Below are positions 1 through 11,553 of a stretch of 64,000 bases of DNA, piece after piece. Below the pieces are notes generated by a model. That model did not search any database. It was not told where the DNA came from and worked only from the letters and a program-made list of their open reading frames with translations. The translations under genes were made by a program, and so were the position numbers. The first letter of the stretch is position 1, and each line of letters starts with the position of its first letter. The DNA comes from Babesia bigemina (taxonomy: Eukaryota), in assembly GCF_000981445.1 (NCBI RefSeq), contig NC_027218.1, positions 1,798,001 through 1,862,000 on the forward strand. Direction: 5' to 3'.

Positions 1-5
1 TGTTC

Positions 6-1809
6 ATGGAGGTGAAGAAGCAGATACGGCCCGACGAATCGCATCGCATAGCGCAGTTTTGCCTCACTCCAGAAATGTACCACAACGCTTACAACCCAGG
101 GCACGCTGAAAATGAGCAATTCGAAGATTTGGACTGCCATCCGGCAGAATTTGTTAACAAAATGGAAGCCGACATATCGGAGGACCAACTGTTGTCGGTG
201 CTGGAGTCCAACGTGTTGACACCGCGCCGACTTTGCAGAAACCAGGATCAGCTAGTGGCGGCCGTAAATAGGTACCGAGCCACGCCGTTCACTGCCGAAT
301 TGGCTCCGGAATCGGCCTCGTCAAGCGGAGAAACATCGGTCGACGACGATTCCGTGGGCACCCCAGAGTTCAAATTTAGCGACGAACTGCTGCGTCGTTA
401 CGCATCTATCGCGTATCAACTGCGCAATGATGGTTTGTTCCCAAAAACGTTTGCCTTGGACTGCGAGATGGTGTCCACGACGAAGGGGACAGAGCTGGCT
501 CGCATCACCGTGATCGATAGCCTGCTCCGTGTCGTCTTCGACGCACTGGTGCAGCCTTCCTGCACCGTGACGAACTATCGCACCCAGTACTCGGGTATAA
601 CGGAGCAAGGTTTAGCAGGGGTGACCATCACGCTGTCCGACGTCCAGGCCGCCCTCTACCGCATGGTGGACTGCGAGACCGTACTGGTCGGCCACTCTCT
701 GCATCACGACCTGAGGTTGGCGATCGTATACAGTAAATGTATATAGTGCAGCGCGTGCGAAGTCGGCCATGGGCGCGTGATAGACACTGCGCTGATGTAC
801 GCCATCCAGAACCGCAGAAACAAGCCTTCCCTGAAAGCACTGGTGGGTTGCGGGTTTTGATTAAGGAATGCTTTGCAGGCTGAGACTCATCTGAAATTGG
901 ACCTATTACGCGATGCCGGTCACGACTCCTACGTCGACGCGGCCACCTCTATGTACCTGGCGATGGCGGGGGTCCTAGACCTGGAGCCCCCTTCCACCAG
1001 GAACATCGGCATTCTTGGCCAAGAGGCGTTCTCCCTTTTATCGCGCCCGGAGGAACAATTCCCTTCGCCGGTGGTGCATCTCATTGATCCCATGGCGGAT
1101 CATTACAAACACGTGAGTCTGGCACAAGTGCCGTGTAAGCTGGTCGCAGCAGTTGGACAGTGGAATTACATTGGAGCAAACCTCCGATGATGGCTCGTCC
1201 GTCGACCGCCTGGTGGAGTTGCTACGTAGCAATAGGGGCGTGGACTCTGCGTGTTACTACTTCTTGGTTTTGCGGGATTTCCAGAAGATGTGCCTACGCA
1301 AAATGTTCGAGTCGCCCAGTAAGTCCATCGTGTAAACAAAAACCGCAACGGACTCAGAGAACGAGGAGGCTGCATCTTTGACCAAACGAGCCAACCCTAA
1401 ATCGGTATGCGAGTACATGACCCGCCTCTCCGCGCTGACTGATCGCGTCGTTGCATGTCTGGATCGCGATGACGTCATGATGATGTCAAACCTGAGCGGT
1501 GACACGGCGAAGGTGGACGTCCTCTCTCAATCGCTGCATGCCAAAACACCTGGGCGTATGTCAAAGTTGTCGCGTTTCTTGTGGCGGCTTTATGCGTTGG
1601 GGAACGGAGAACCAGCTCCAAATCACGCCAACATGGGGGAGATGGCAGATGCGCCTGAACCTGTCGAGAAGTTCTCCAGGCGCACCCAAATAGTCACCGT
1701 GGCGACTCTGAAACGCGAGCATGAGATGGCAATACGTGACCGACACCTCAACTGGGCGATATTTCTGACAAAGAAGAGCTCGAATAAGCGCAAGCCTACA
1801 TCCCAATGA
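6..1809 (+). CDS. DEDDh 3'-5' RNA exonuclease (REX1/REXO1-like), multi-exon, possibly 5'-partial
   Basis: Motifs FALDCEMV..ELARITVID..YRTQYSGIT..LVGHSLHHDL, then RVIDTALMY after a short GT-AG intron. ORFs 6-746, 873-1190, 1153-1335 and 1378-1809 join through ~36-39 nt GT-AG introns. Confidence 0.85.
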
Positions 1810-2752
1810 TCGCAACTCGGATGCAGTTTAATTGTGATAAGCGATAAGCGAAATAATTATCGGATTTCAGTGTAGCTGTGTTCTGTGATTTGCAAAGTGT
1901 TTGGTTGCTTTCTATTTCTCCATTTTTAGGTGACGAACGGACGGGGCCTCAAGTCGTGTCAACTATGAACCGATGTCTAATAGACAAAAGACTACACACC
2001 AAGCATCGCCTGTTCTCGAACAACGGGAATCCCCGCGTTCAAAATGGTAGCTCACGTGCTATTCTGTGGGAGTTGGTGTCCGAAGTCGTGACGTAAGTTT
2101 CACGTCCCTCCGTTATTTTTTGTTTGCAGGATGACCACCCGTTGGATTGTCATATCCACGCACCCCGACGCATCCAGCCTACGCCTATGAAACAGCGCCG
2201 CAATATCATTCTAAATAGAAAGATAGGTTGTTACTTTCAACTTTGTTGATTGGGCGTTCTGCATTCATTTCCAACAGATACGTCATCGATGTGGCCGTAT
2301 CCACCAACATGTATTGGCTGGTAATACTGGTCTGCACAATGTGGAGGTACTGTCTCGGCGGTGCACAGTTAATATGTCTATTCGCTGGTGTTCGGTGACT
2401 TGCTGCGAGGGAGATCCTTGATAGGCGTAGTGTGAATGGCTCAATGTCCAAGTTTTTGTTATACCGCTCTGCAAATTTTTTGGCAGCATTTATGAAATTG
2501 GAGTCTCTACTGCACGATACATCTCTTTTTAATGATTGTGCCGAAGTCTGTCAAGGAAAATTCATCGGTGCTGCCGCCAAGTTGCTCCTACAGAAGCGTG
2601 GTTGCCACTTCCAATCGTAAACAAGTAGGAGGTGTGGAATTATTTTTATTTCACACATACAATACGTCTACGTTGGTGTACATCCATTTTTGTCCGTTGT
2701 TGTTTTCATTGATCGTAGGAAGCGAAATTTAGTCGTGGCCTACCTTAGCATA

Positions 2753-5593
2753 ATGAGAACTCTATTGGTATTAGGCGCTCTATTGGCGCATTCGATTGGC
2801 TGTGTCATTGCATTTAGATGTGATTTCGTGAAGCAAGATGACCTACTCACTAGGAATGCTCTTGCAATGTGTAAGATGGATGTTGATGACGACTCGTCCT
2901 TGGCTTTGTTATGCCCACGCCGGGTCAACGAAACGGAGTATGTCATACATCCTCAACGAACCTCGGATGAACGGGCTAATATCAATACATTCGTCAATAG
3001 GAATGGCAAATTTCGCTCAGTCCCACTCTCCGAAGTAGTGCGCAATGAATGGAGCCATAAACTCGCAGAGCTGGAATCCAACATGGAACAAACAACATTG
3101 AAACTCACCTTACCAGCTCAAGCAGTGTTCGCAATTACGGAGCGCCGTTTGATGTTCATCTGCGGCCCGAAGGATTTGGTTTTGAGCGAGGCGCTGCAAC
3201 GTCATCTTTACCGCCTCAAAGACTTTGATCGCATGCAAGCTCTTCCTTGGAATTCAGCCAGTCTATTAGTTCAAGAAATAGCAAAGATAGGAAAGGGCCT
3301 GGGTGTGTTTTTCTTGTACAGAGGGCACATTCATCTGCCGCTTCAAGGTTGTGGCACTCGTCCCTCACCACTATTTTCTTTGGACAGCGAGGTCACTGTC
3401 GACCCTATCACCGGTGTTCGTTCATGCGTAGTGGATCCTATGTCACAATCACCTATCGGATTCGTTTGCGAAGGTCGTTTGGAACCTGCTGACTGCATGA
3501 GATCACTCATCGACCATGAGGGAGAAGTTGTGGCTGCTCCTGAACCGCACTCGCATCTGGATTTTAATAACAACAAACCCTGGGTAGTAGCAAAATATTT
3601 CAATGGATTGGCCTTACCACCCATCGATGGTCAATGCCGCTGCGTTGATTCAGAAACCGGTGAGGTGAAGGCCAGAATAGAGATCCGATCGAAAAGCGAG
3701 TACGTCTGTGACATTGCCGATGTTGTAAACCGCAACCGTTTTGGGCCAATGCATGGCAATTGGTGCTCGGTTGTGCTCCATCCAGGCAGCACCTTGACAA
3801 TACGGTTCCCAGGAGGCGATGTGGACTCGGAATCTGGCGACGACGATTTCGACGAGGACGTTTCGACTCCTCCATTCTCACAGCTGCCGCCCACGTATGA
3901 ACACAAAAATGGATTCTGGCCGAAAGACCTTACCATGCTGAGGCAATTGAGCACGCCGTACGGCATCAATGTTTACGACGAAATAGCCTACCACAAAGCT
4001 GTTGTTGGCGATGCCCTTGAGCTTGATGTGTCCCAAATGTCCCGTGGCGAGATTAAGCTCAAGTACAACGTAGGCAAGCCCTTCGCATTAAAGGGGGGAT
4101 TGAATTCGTTCTTCTACCATTGGACGTCTATATCCAGAAACGAGAATGTCTTTGAGCGGATACGCGCCATCGGCAATATTTCATTTGCGTTTACCCATCC
4201 GTACAAGATGATCGGTTGCGACAGCGGGGCGGAACGCGTTTTCGATTCAAAGAGGAACGTTAGGTATTGTTTAACCAAATCGATGGGAAATGGAATAGGG
4301 GATATACACGTATGCTGGTTATATATTCGTATTGACGATAGCCATGCCGGCATTCGCTGCGCTCCAGATGAGGAGCTGTTGCCAAACAACTGTGAGTTCT
4401 CGGGATACGATCTCTACTCCAACACTATTATGCCATTTAATAGGTCTGTGCGGAGTAGGGTATCGCACAACATTCCAGGATTCCAGGTATTTGACTTTGA
4501 TCCGAACGACCGCAGCGCCCTCAGTTATGCATGTAGCTGTGTTGACAAGCTTGGTTATGAAAAGTCCAGGCTGATTTTGGAATACAACCTTCAAGATAGA
4601 TATACATACACCTTACGTCGCGAGGATGCGTCTATACCACTGCTCCCTACGTTAATATTACCGTGGGACGAGTTCAGATTAGCAGGTGAATGGTCTACAT
4701 CACCTATATCGATGACGTTAAACTACAAACCCGAAAGGTCCATTAAACTAGAAGTGGGAACAACTTTGTTTTTAAGTTGTAAACTTGATGAGGGATTGTG
4801 CGACGATGAGGATAATTGCAAAGTGAGACCAGCGTGGTTACCGACGTTACCTGCATTTAAATATTATGCAGTCAAACAAACGCCAGGTGGACCGAAACTT
4901 GTAGTTACACGATACAAGGACGTGATTGCCGGCACTGAAGGTGGATTTGAAGTGCTACCCACTGTATCCAAGCCTACGTATTATAATCTTAGAATAACGT
5001 CTAATCGAGGTGCTATCATAATATCTAAGGATCCAGTTCTTAAACATCAGGTACCCATGACGTTCATTTGCGGTAAGCAGCTTGACCGGTCGGATTTCGG
5101 TCTATTAGATACTGGTATATATTCGCCTAGCATCCCCCAGAGTACAGCAACTTCGCAACGATACACTTGGCACGCCATTGAGGTGAACGTCGAGACAACG
5201 GACCCCTACATGCAAGGCTGCGGAGTTACGTACGAATCAGATGAGCTGTTCAAACCTGAGACACCCAAGCGCTACGACGCTCACGGAAAGTCCAACTTCG
5301 GTTGCAAAATTGATATTCATGCTGCCAAGGAAGCGGCCTTCTACTGCCCAGCGCCGTACGTACTCGACCCACCTGACTGCTTCAACCAAGTGTTAGTGGA
5401 GGGTGAAGTGAAGAACCTCAGCGACATCAGCAAAACTTTGTTAGCGTCACGTTCCAGCCATTTTGTCACTCTGCATTCATTCAGTGCACTCATGGAGACC
5501 GGGGAGACACTGTGCCACACGCCGCTACTTGAATGCCGCTGCGTCACCGTTAAGGGTGTCGTTCTCTCTACCATCCAGATTGAGAACTATTAG
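2753..5593 (+). CDS. Secreted multi-domain 6-Cys (s48/45-type) protein, intronless
   Basis: ATG 2753 is followed by a hydrophobic signal peptide (MRTLLVLGALLAHSIGCVIA). Repeated Cys-patterned modules: GCGT..SCVVD..IGFVC..LEPADC; GCDS..AGIRC..LLPNNC; GCGV..GCKID..AFYCPAPYVLDPPDCF..LECRC. Confidence 0.8.
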   Translation: MRTLLVLGALLAHSIGCVIAFRCDFVKQDDLLTRNALAMCKMDVDDDSSLALLCPRRVNETEYVIHPQRTSDERANINTFVNRNGKFRSVPLSEVVRNEWSHKLAELESNMEQTTLKLTLPAQAVFAITERRLMFICGPKDLVLSEALQRHLYRLKDFDRMQALPWNSASLLVQEIAKIGKGLGVFFLYRGHIHLPLQGCGTRPSPLFSLDSEVTVDPITGVRSCVVDPMSQSPIGFVCEGRLEPADCMRSLIDHEGEVVAAPEPHSHLDFNNNKPWVVAKYFNGLALPPIDGQCRCVDSETGEVKARIEIRSKSEYVCDIADVVNRNRFGPMHGNWCSVVLHPGSTLTIRFPGGDVDSESGDDDFDEDVSTPPFSQLPPTYEHKNGFWPKDLTMLRQLSTPYGINVYDEIAYHKAVVGDALELDVSQMSRGEIKLKYNVGKPFALKGGLNSFFYHWTSISRNENVFERIRAIGNISFAFTHPYKMIGCDSGAERVFDSKRNVRYCLTKSMGNGIGDIHVCWLYIRIDDSHAGIRCAPDEELLPNNCEFSGYDLYSNTIMPFNRSVRSRVSHNIPGFQVFDFDPNDRSALSYACSCVDKLGYEKSRLILEYNLQDRYTYTLRREDASIPLLPTLILPWDEFRLAGEWSTSPISMTLNYKPERSIKLEVGTTLFLSCKLDEGLCDDEDNCKVRPAWLPTLPAFKYYAVKQTPGGPKLVVTRYKDVIAGTEGGFEVLPTVSKPTYYNLRITSNRGAIIISKDPVLKHQVPMTFICGKQLDRSDFGLLDTGIYSPSIPQSTATSQRYTWHAIEVNVETTDPYMQGCGVTYESDELFKPETPKRYDAHGKSNFGCKIDIHAAKEAAFYCPAPYVLDPPDCFNQVLVEGEVKNLSDISKTLLASRSSHFVTLHSFSALMETGETLCHTPLLECRCVTVKGVVLSTIQIENY

Positions 5594-7194
5594 GCAGGTA
5601 ATGAGCACGTCACATTTGGTAGCGCGGTGGGAAAATACGCGCTTTAATTGTCATAGTTAGTGTTGATCATTCCGCTAGTTTGTCTGTCACCGTGGCCAGA
5701 CCGCTTTCAAATGAAATGTGATCATTGCATTTCTCGGTTGTGTGACGTACTTGAGCATTATCATAGATCTGTATAAGTATTGTGAACGGCCGTGGACCCG
5801 GTGAAGACCGTACTGTGGAATTACTTGTCACCTCACCATTGTTGGGCACTGTCTATCGCAGGCGTGGGAAAGATGCAACTTAGAGGTTGGTATCGCTGCC
5901 CACATTTTGACACCTTGACAATGCCCGTAATATGCAACAACGAACACTACATGATATATGTCAGTGAACTTAGGCGTACCCGCTAGAGTGGATGAGTCTC
6001 TACGGCGCCAGTGGCTTTAGTCGGACCATCGCTTAAAATGGAAACGGGAAATACTTTCTCTGCTACCTTTATCTGCGTTTCGCGCCACATCGGATGATTT
6101 ACAAAAGTGCATCTAATCATGCTGGCAATTGCGAATTACTTCTCTAGGTGACACTATGCTCAGTCACAGACCACAGCTGTATGGGACGTGTGAGAGAAAA
6201 CAAGTAAGTGATGCACAATTGCGTGTCAAGTCTCACTTAGGTGATTAAGGTTTGGGAAGTGGTAAAATTTGCGAAAGTCAGTGAATTGCGTTAGAAAAAC
6301 TTCAGCTCAATGGGTAGCAACCCATTGAGGTTTCAATGTGAAGACTTCATCCGAATTCTGCAGTAATTGTGTACAGAGAAACTGCTCAAGGAATATACAG
6401 ATAAATGATTGATATGTTTATGTTGAAAGAGTTTGTTAGTCAACTGACGCAATATGTCATTCACCGATGACAACGCCCATATCAGGGGGGAATGAATAAC
6501 CATGACACCAGAGGCAGGTCTGTCGACCTTTTACGCTTTTACACAGATGTAATGATGACAAACATCATTACGTCGTACGGAGATTATCGCAGGGATATGA
6601 AATTCCACCTATGTCTAATCGCTACCTGGTTGAGACTGGGGTTGCTAAGGTGATCGATCATACTTTTTCTTGTCAGAACTTTGGAAATTGCTCAACAGCA
6701 TTAGTACATTTGACGCTCCCAATATGAAGATGTAACGCCAAATTGACTATGGAATGCACTGGCAAAGTCAGCCCCCAATGCAACGTCAGCTGATGCATGA
6801 CTGGAAGTAATCACCCAGACTTGCATTAATCGCAACCCATTTTACAATTGCAGCTTTTGACGCATCAATACAGCAATTCAAACAGAAAGGGGGCCATTAT
6901 ATCTCATTAATGCTTCTAACTTGTATACTACAATGACATGCGTGCTGCATGTAAAATTAACTGTGTAGATCTGCTTGCGATGAGCCGACATTGTTGCCAT
7001 AGCGCCATCAACGTCTGTCTGTTTGTCTCATAGACAGCTTTGCGTGCCTCATTTAGACACGAACACATCGGAAGGCAACGAGACTTTCGCTGTGCTGATC
7101 CGCCACCAAGTCAGTCGTTTAAACACACGGGTTGTCAATATACGAGATTTTAAACTCTTTACAAAACTTGTCAAAGTCAACGAGGTTTTTCAAA

Positions 7195-8580
7195 ATGGTG
7201 TACAATTCGTTGACTGACGTCCCACGGGATTTTAGAGAGGGTATTGACTGGCTGATAGCCTTGAAGGGCACTGATGCTGAAAGCAACATTGCTGCCATGG
7301 GTGAGGCAGTTTACAATTTTCTCGTAGACAAACCTGTTGGACACACTGAGGTGCCAGCTCTTCAGAACGTTCAAAGCATTGTTAAGGGGTTCCTTGAGCA
7401 GCCGGGTTTAAAGAACGTTTGGCCAGTAAACCGGATTCTAGAGAAGTATAACAAACGTATCAATAAAAATCCTGGTTGGTTCACAAAGGCCTTTGGTGGT
7501 GCCGACGAATGCGATTATAAGAACGTTATAAAAAGCAAGCATGTCAGTGCTAAGACCATTGCAGGCAAATTGGGCATTGCCGTGAATGGTTATGAAAGGT
7601 TGCTGAAAAAGGTCAAAACCCCAGAACAATACAAATCTGCGTACAGTTCTGAAGCAACGTGGGAGGCATCATGCTCGCAAAAGCCGGAAGACTGCGCAGT
7701 CGTCCTCGTGGGTATTGCGCCTATGTTGTACGCAGGACTACGTTCTATGTGGAAGGCGAGCCATGGTCAAAGCTTTAGTTGGGTGCCTAAGAGTAAGAAT
7801 AAAAACATTTTGGTGACTGTATTGCGCTCCCTGGGTTTCAAACATCCAGAGTGCCGGGACAAAATGAGCGCTTCATACGTTTCAGAGGCACTGGAAAATG
7901 TGACGATAGACATGTTAGAAACTTTCTACAATCTTTCTGGCTTCTGGGCTTTCTATGGATCTGGTAAAATAGGTGCTGTGGGAGAGAAACAGCCTGTAGA
8001 ACCTGTAATCCCTGAAGCCGAGCCATCCGTTGAAGGTGAAGGCGAGCAGTCCTTGATCCCTGAAGCCGAGCCATCTGTAGACGGTGAAGGTGAGCAGTCC
8101 ATGATCCCTGAGGCTGAGCCATCCTTTGACGGCGAAGGCGAACAGTCTGTTATTCCCGAGGCTGAACCATCCTTTGACGGTGAGGGTGAGCAATCTTTGA
8201 TCCCCGAGGCCGAACCGTCCGTTGAAGGTGAGGGTGAGCAGTCTGTCATCCCTGAAGCTGAGCCAACCTTTGAAGGTGAGGGCGAACAGTCCGTGATCCC
8301 TGAAGCTGAGCCAACCTTTGAAGGTGAGGGTGAGCAGTCTGTTATCCCTGAAGCTGAGCCATCTGTGGAACCCGCCGGTGAAGAGCCTGTTGTCCCTGAG
8401 GCTGAACCATCCGTAGAGCCTGTGAAGCCTGAAGTCGATGAGGTTGAACAGCCTATGAAGGTTGCGAAGGCTGCTAAAGTGGCAAGGTCTGTAAAGGCCG
8501 CCAAGAAAGCTGCCAAGAAGGTTTCCAAGAAAGCCCGTCAGAAAAAGCAGAAGAAACAGCAGGAATCCGCTGAGCAGTGA
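7195..8580 (+). CDS. VESA/ves-related multigene-family protein with acidic repeat and Lys-rich tail
   Basis: N-terminus MVYNSLTDVPRDFREGIDWLIALKG resembles the SLTxxPxNLKExIDW start of Babesia VESA-type proteins (recalled, not searched). Central CAVVLVGIAPMLYAGLRSM..LRSLGF and YNLSGFWAFY blocks. Confidence 0.7.
   Translation: MVYNSLTDVPRDFREGIDWLIALKGTDAESNIAAMGEAVYNFLVDKPVGHTEVPALQNVQSIVKGFLEQPGLKNVWPVNRILEKYNKRINKNPGWFTKAFGGADECDYKNVIKSKHVSAKTIAGKLGIAVNGYERLLKKVKTPEQYKSAYSSEATWEASCSQKPEDCAVVLVGIAPMLYAGLRSMWKASHGQSFSWVPKSKNKNILVTVLRSLGFKHPECRDKMSASYVSEALENVTIDMLETFYNLSGFWAFYGSGKIGAVGEKQPVEPVIPEAEPSVEGEGEQSLIPEAEPSVDGEGEQSMIPEAEPSFDGEGEQSVIPEAEPSFDGEGEQSLIPEAEPSVEGEGEQSVIPEAEPTFEGEGEQSVIPEAEPTFEGEGEQSVIPEAEPSVEPAGEEPVVPEAEPSVEPVKPEVDEVEQPMKVAKAAKVARSVKAAKKAAKKVSKKARQKKQKKQQESAEQ
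8008..8420 (+). repeat. 48-nt coding tandem repeat (IPEAEP[ST][VF][ED]GEGEQS[LVM]), 7 full + 2 degenerate copies
   Basis: Directly visible 48-nt periodicity starting atc cct gaa gcc gag at 8008. Confidence 0.95.
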
Positions 8581-10157
8581 GTGGCAGTCTTACGACTACT
8601 CACCAGTCATTTGTAATTTAAAATTCTGGTTATGGCCACATTTATGTATTAACTTTTAATGCACAATAGTGCTCATAGAATTATGGAAGAGTCCTTAAAT
8701 TATACATGATCTATTTCATAGCGCAATTTGTCGCCTGGTCGTTACGATGTCGAATGCATTCATCTTGCCATACCAAATGTTGTATGTATAGCTTCACCTT
8801 AAATATCATGCTACCTACTGCTTTGCAGCTCGGGTGAGTGCAGCTTGGTACTGGATTTGTAGCTTGATAGCCACAGAAATGCAGCCTGTATTTGTGTAAG
8901 GCGAATTAATCTCAGCACGTAGCACTTATAGGCTCAATCTTTATCGTAGTTGCCTCTTGACTTACATTAACGCATTCTGCCTAGACGGTACAGCATGGAG
9001 CTGCTGTTTATGAGGTGGATCATACGGCTGTAGGTTTTGATGAATCGTATAACTGCCATGCTTCATGAAGCGCCGGCAGAGGCATTCCAAGCGTCAGAGG
9101 CGTCACGCCTCAGCATACAGAACTCTATCTCCTTATCGTATGCTACAAGGGCGCGTTCCACAGGCGAGACGGCTTGTACGTCCGTTCGCACCTTATCCGC
9201 TCCAAGGCCTTCCACTGCATCGATGTCAAGGCCTTACTAAAGGCCGGAAAATACATTCACTCTACGTCGACCACTTTGATGACGATCCGTCTGAGTTAAT
9301 TGACACCACATAATAACTATCGCAGTAGACATTTCTTTGTGTAATGCCGTGATTATAATCAGTGGTTGCATGATTAGGTGTGTTATTGGGGCTTATGCAG
9401 TTCCATGACCTCAGTCAAAATAAGCGAACCGCCGCCATGGCAGCAGTACTATGAGAGAACTCGATTGAGAGCTCCAGTAACTGTAAATCGCGAACGATGC
9501 GTCATATTTGCTTAGTGAGTGCAATTCTAGGTGCATTCTGAGTGTCAACGCTGTTATGCGACGACTACTGCCTAAGGCGGAAATGAATGGTCGGCCATCC
9601 AAGTCACCATACAAAACAGGCTGCATCAGCTGACGTATTGGCTTGTATAACGGCCGTGTAAGTATACTGCTGTCAACTGGATGCGCCCCAAGACGATGTG
9701 TAGAGTCGTCACGACGGGCGACACGCTCCATTATGCCGGGACACGGTCCGACGTGATGACTCACGTATTTCGTAGTCCGGTGGCATTCATCGCATACATT
9801 GCGGTAATAAATGACACGGTATTACCGCCGCTGAGTACCCTGTACAGCTTGTAACGCTACCATGGCGCGGCACGAATTACATGAAAAGTGGAGTATAGCC
9901 CGCGTCTCTCCATCCTACGTAGTTGCATAAAATGTTATTTTCATAAAGCTTGCAACTCAATCAGCTGACACATGCGATGATCGCGCGGCGTCGAATTTTG
10001 TCAGCGTTGCGGGTTGTCCGCCCCAGCACAAGGTCGGGAGCATGCCACTTGTCTAGCTAAGCACACTGTCTAAAATCGTCGCCCGGTGTTGTATAGCCTC
10101 GAGGTTCGTTGTTTATTTTGCGCAGGATTTATCCTTGACATATCCGCGGTATTGAAG

Positions 10158-10415
10158 ATGAAGATCAACGTTGCCACTGTTTTCCGCGCCCTCTTCTTCG
10201 TCCTTCTTTCCGTTGTCCTTCATGTGCAGGGTAAAGGCCGTTCCTTTGCTCTGGGCAAGGCCCGTGACCACGCCTCTGGCAAGTCTGGTGCCTACAAGGG
10301 ACTCAGGTACACTTCCGGTCACCGCGGCAAGACCCAGTCCGCTGTCTGCGACGACAACTTCTACTGCCCTGGTGCGCCAACCTTGGCCAAGCTGGGTGCA
10401 GCCATCCCCTTCTAA
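10158..10415 (+). CDS. Small secreted basic protein, paralog A (85 aa)
   Basis: aagATG start, signal peptide MKINVATVFRALFFVLLSVVLHVQG, C/G-ending codon bias, and clear paralogy to 11251-11553. Confidence 0.8.
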   Translation: MKINVATVFRALFFVLLSVVLHVQGKGRSFALGKARDHASGKSGAYKGLRYTSGHRGKTQSAVCDDNFYCPGAPTLAKLGAAIPF

Positions 10416-11250
10416 TGGGCTTCTCCGTCCGGTTATACTTCTGGCCAAGTGAGCCATCCTTTTACTATATTCATTGATTATATATTCACGTCGAAGTTCC
10501 ATATGTCCATGTCTCCGTCTTACACCCTGAAATCCCACCTAGCCAGCATAAATAGCAACCCAACACATAATGTAGGATGCGTCTTTACAACCTTTTGGGC
10601 GGTTGATGCGCTCAGATGCGTGTCAAGGCGGCGGCGCCGTTGCGCTTTCGGCGTTGATCTCCAAGTTGAGCGACTGTTTCTCCATATGAGCGAGTAACGA
10701 GTTGCGTGCCGAACAAGGCATTCATTTATCAATCGGCTGAGTGGATGTCTTAGCGCGCAGACGATCGCTTGAACGATATGGTTACGCGTGCTTATGGACG
10801 AGGTGCTCCGTGAGGCCAGAACATCCTACGAAGTTACAACTACCAGATAGCATTGTCACCGTGGCTTTCATCGGTAAAATTGTGGTCATCACTGACGTAG
10901 TGAGGCCGTAATGCAGCTCCTCCCCCCGCCGCTCAGCATCGCGCCCTTGACGTGACTCAGGCCATGGGATGTCGGAGTTGGGCTTTGTTCCTGTAGCCTA
11001 CAAATTAGATTTCCTCTATATTTTAATAATACTGACAACTTAATTGGCTGTAACATGCGCCGGTCGCGAGGCTTCATGATATCTCCGGTTTGCGGGTGCC
11101 GTGGCCTCCCGTTGCCGACCACTGGGTGGACAGCATGCTACATGTAGGAAGATAGGCGTTGTAAATCGTCGGCTGTCTAAAAGTTGTGGGGGCTTCAGGA
11201 ACGTTGTTAATTGCGTGGGGATTGGTTTTTACAGATATACAGTGTCAAAG

Positions 11251-11553
11251 ATGAAGGCAAGCGTCGGCGCCATCTTTCGCGTCCTCCTCTTTGTCCTTTT
11301 CGCCATCGCCTTACATGTGCGGGCCAACAAACGCTCATGGTCCGTGGAGAAATCCAGGAAGCGTAAATATAGCGAACATGGAGAATACTCGACGCCGGAA
11401 GTTGAGTTTTACGTCAAAATGAAACCCATAAACGCCCCCAAGAAGATAAGGCTCCGCAAGCCGCCCAGCACCTACACTGCCATCGGATCGAACAACATCT
11501 ACTACCCCTGGCTGCCAACCGTATCAAACATGGGCGCTGCAATCCCGCTGTAA
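11251..11553 (+). CDS. Small secreted basic protein, paralog B (100 aa)
   Basis: aagATG start, signal peptide MKASVGAIFRVLLFVLFAIALHVRA. C-terminus NIYYPWLPTVSNMGAAIPL aligns with paralog A NFYCPGAPTLAKLGAAIPF. Confidence 0.8.
   Translation: MKASVGAIFRVLLFVLFAIALHVRANKRSWSVEKSRKRKYSEHGEYSTPEVEFYVKMKPINAPKKIRLRKPPSTYTAIGSNNIYYPWLPTVSNMGAAIPL

Noticed and set aside
6552..6660. C/D box snoRNA starting at ATGATGA
   Set aside because: No CTGA D box at a suitable distance.
10413..10697. Stop-codon readthrough of paralog A (frame stays open after TAA)
   Set aside because: Paralog B hits TGA ten codons after its stop, so the extension is not conserved.
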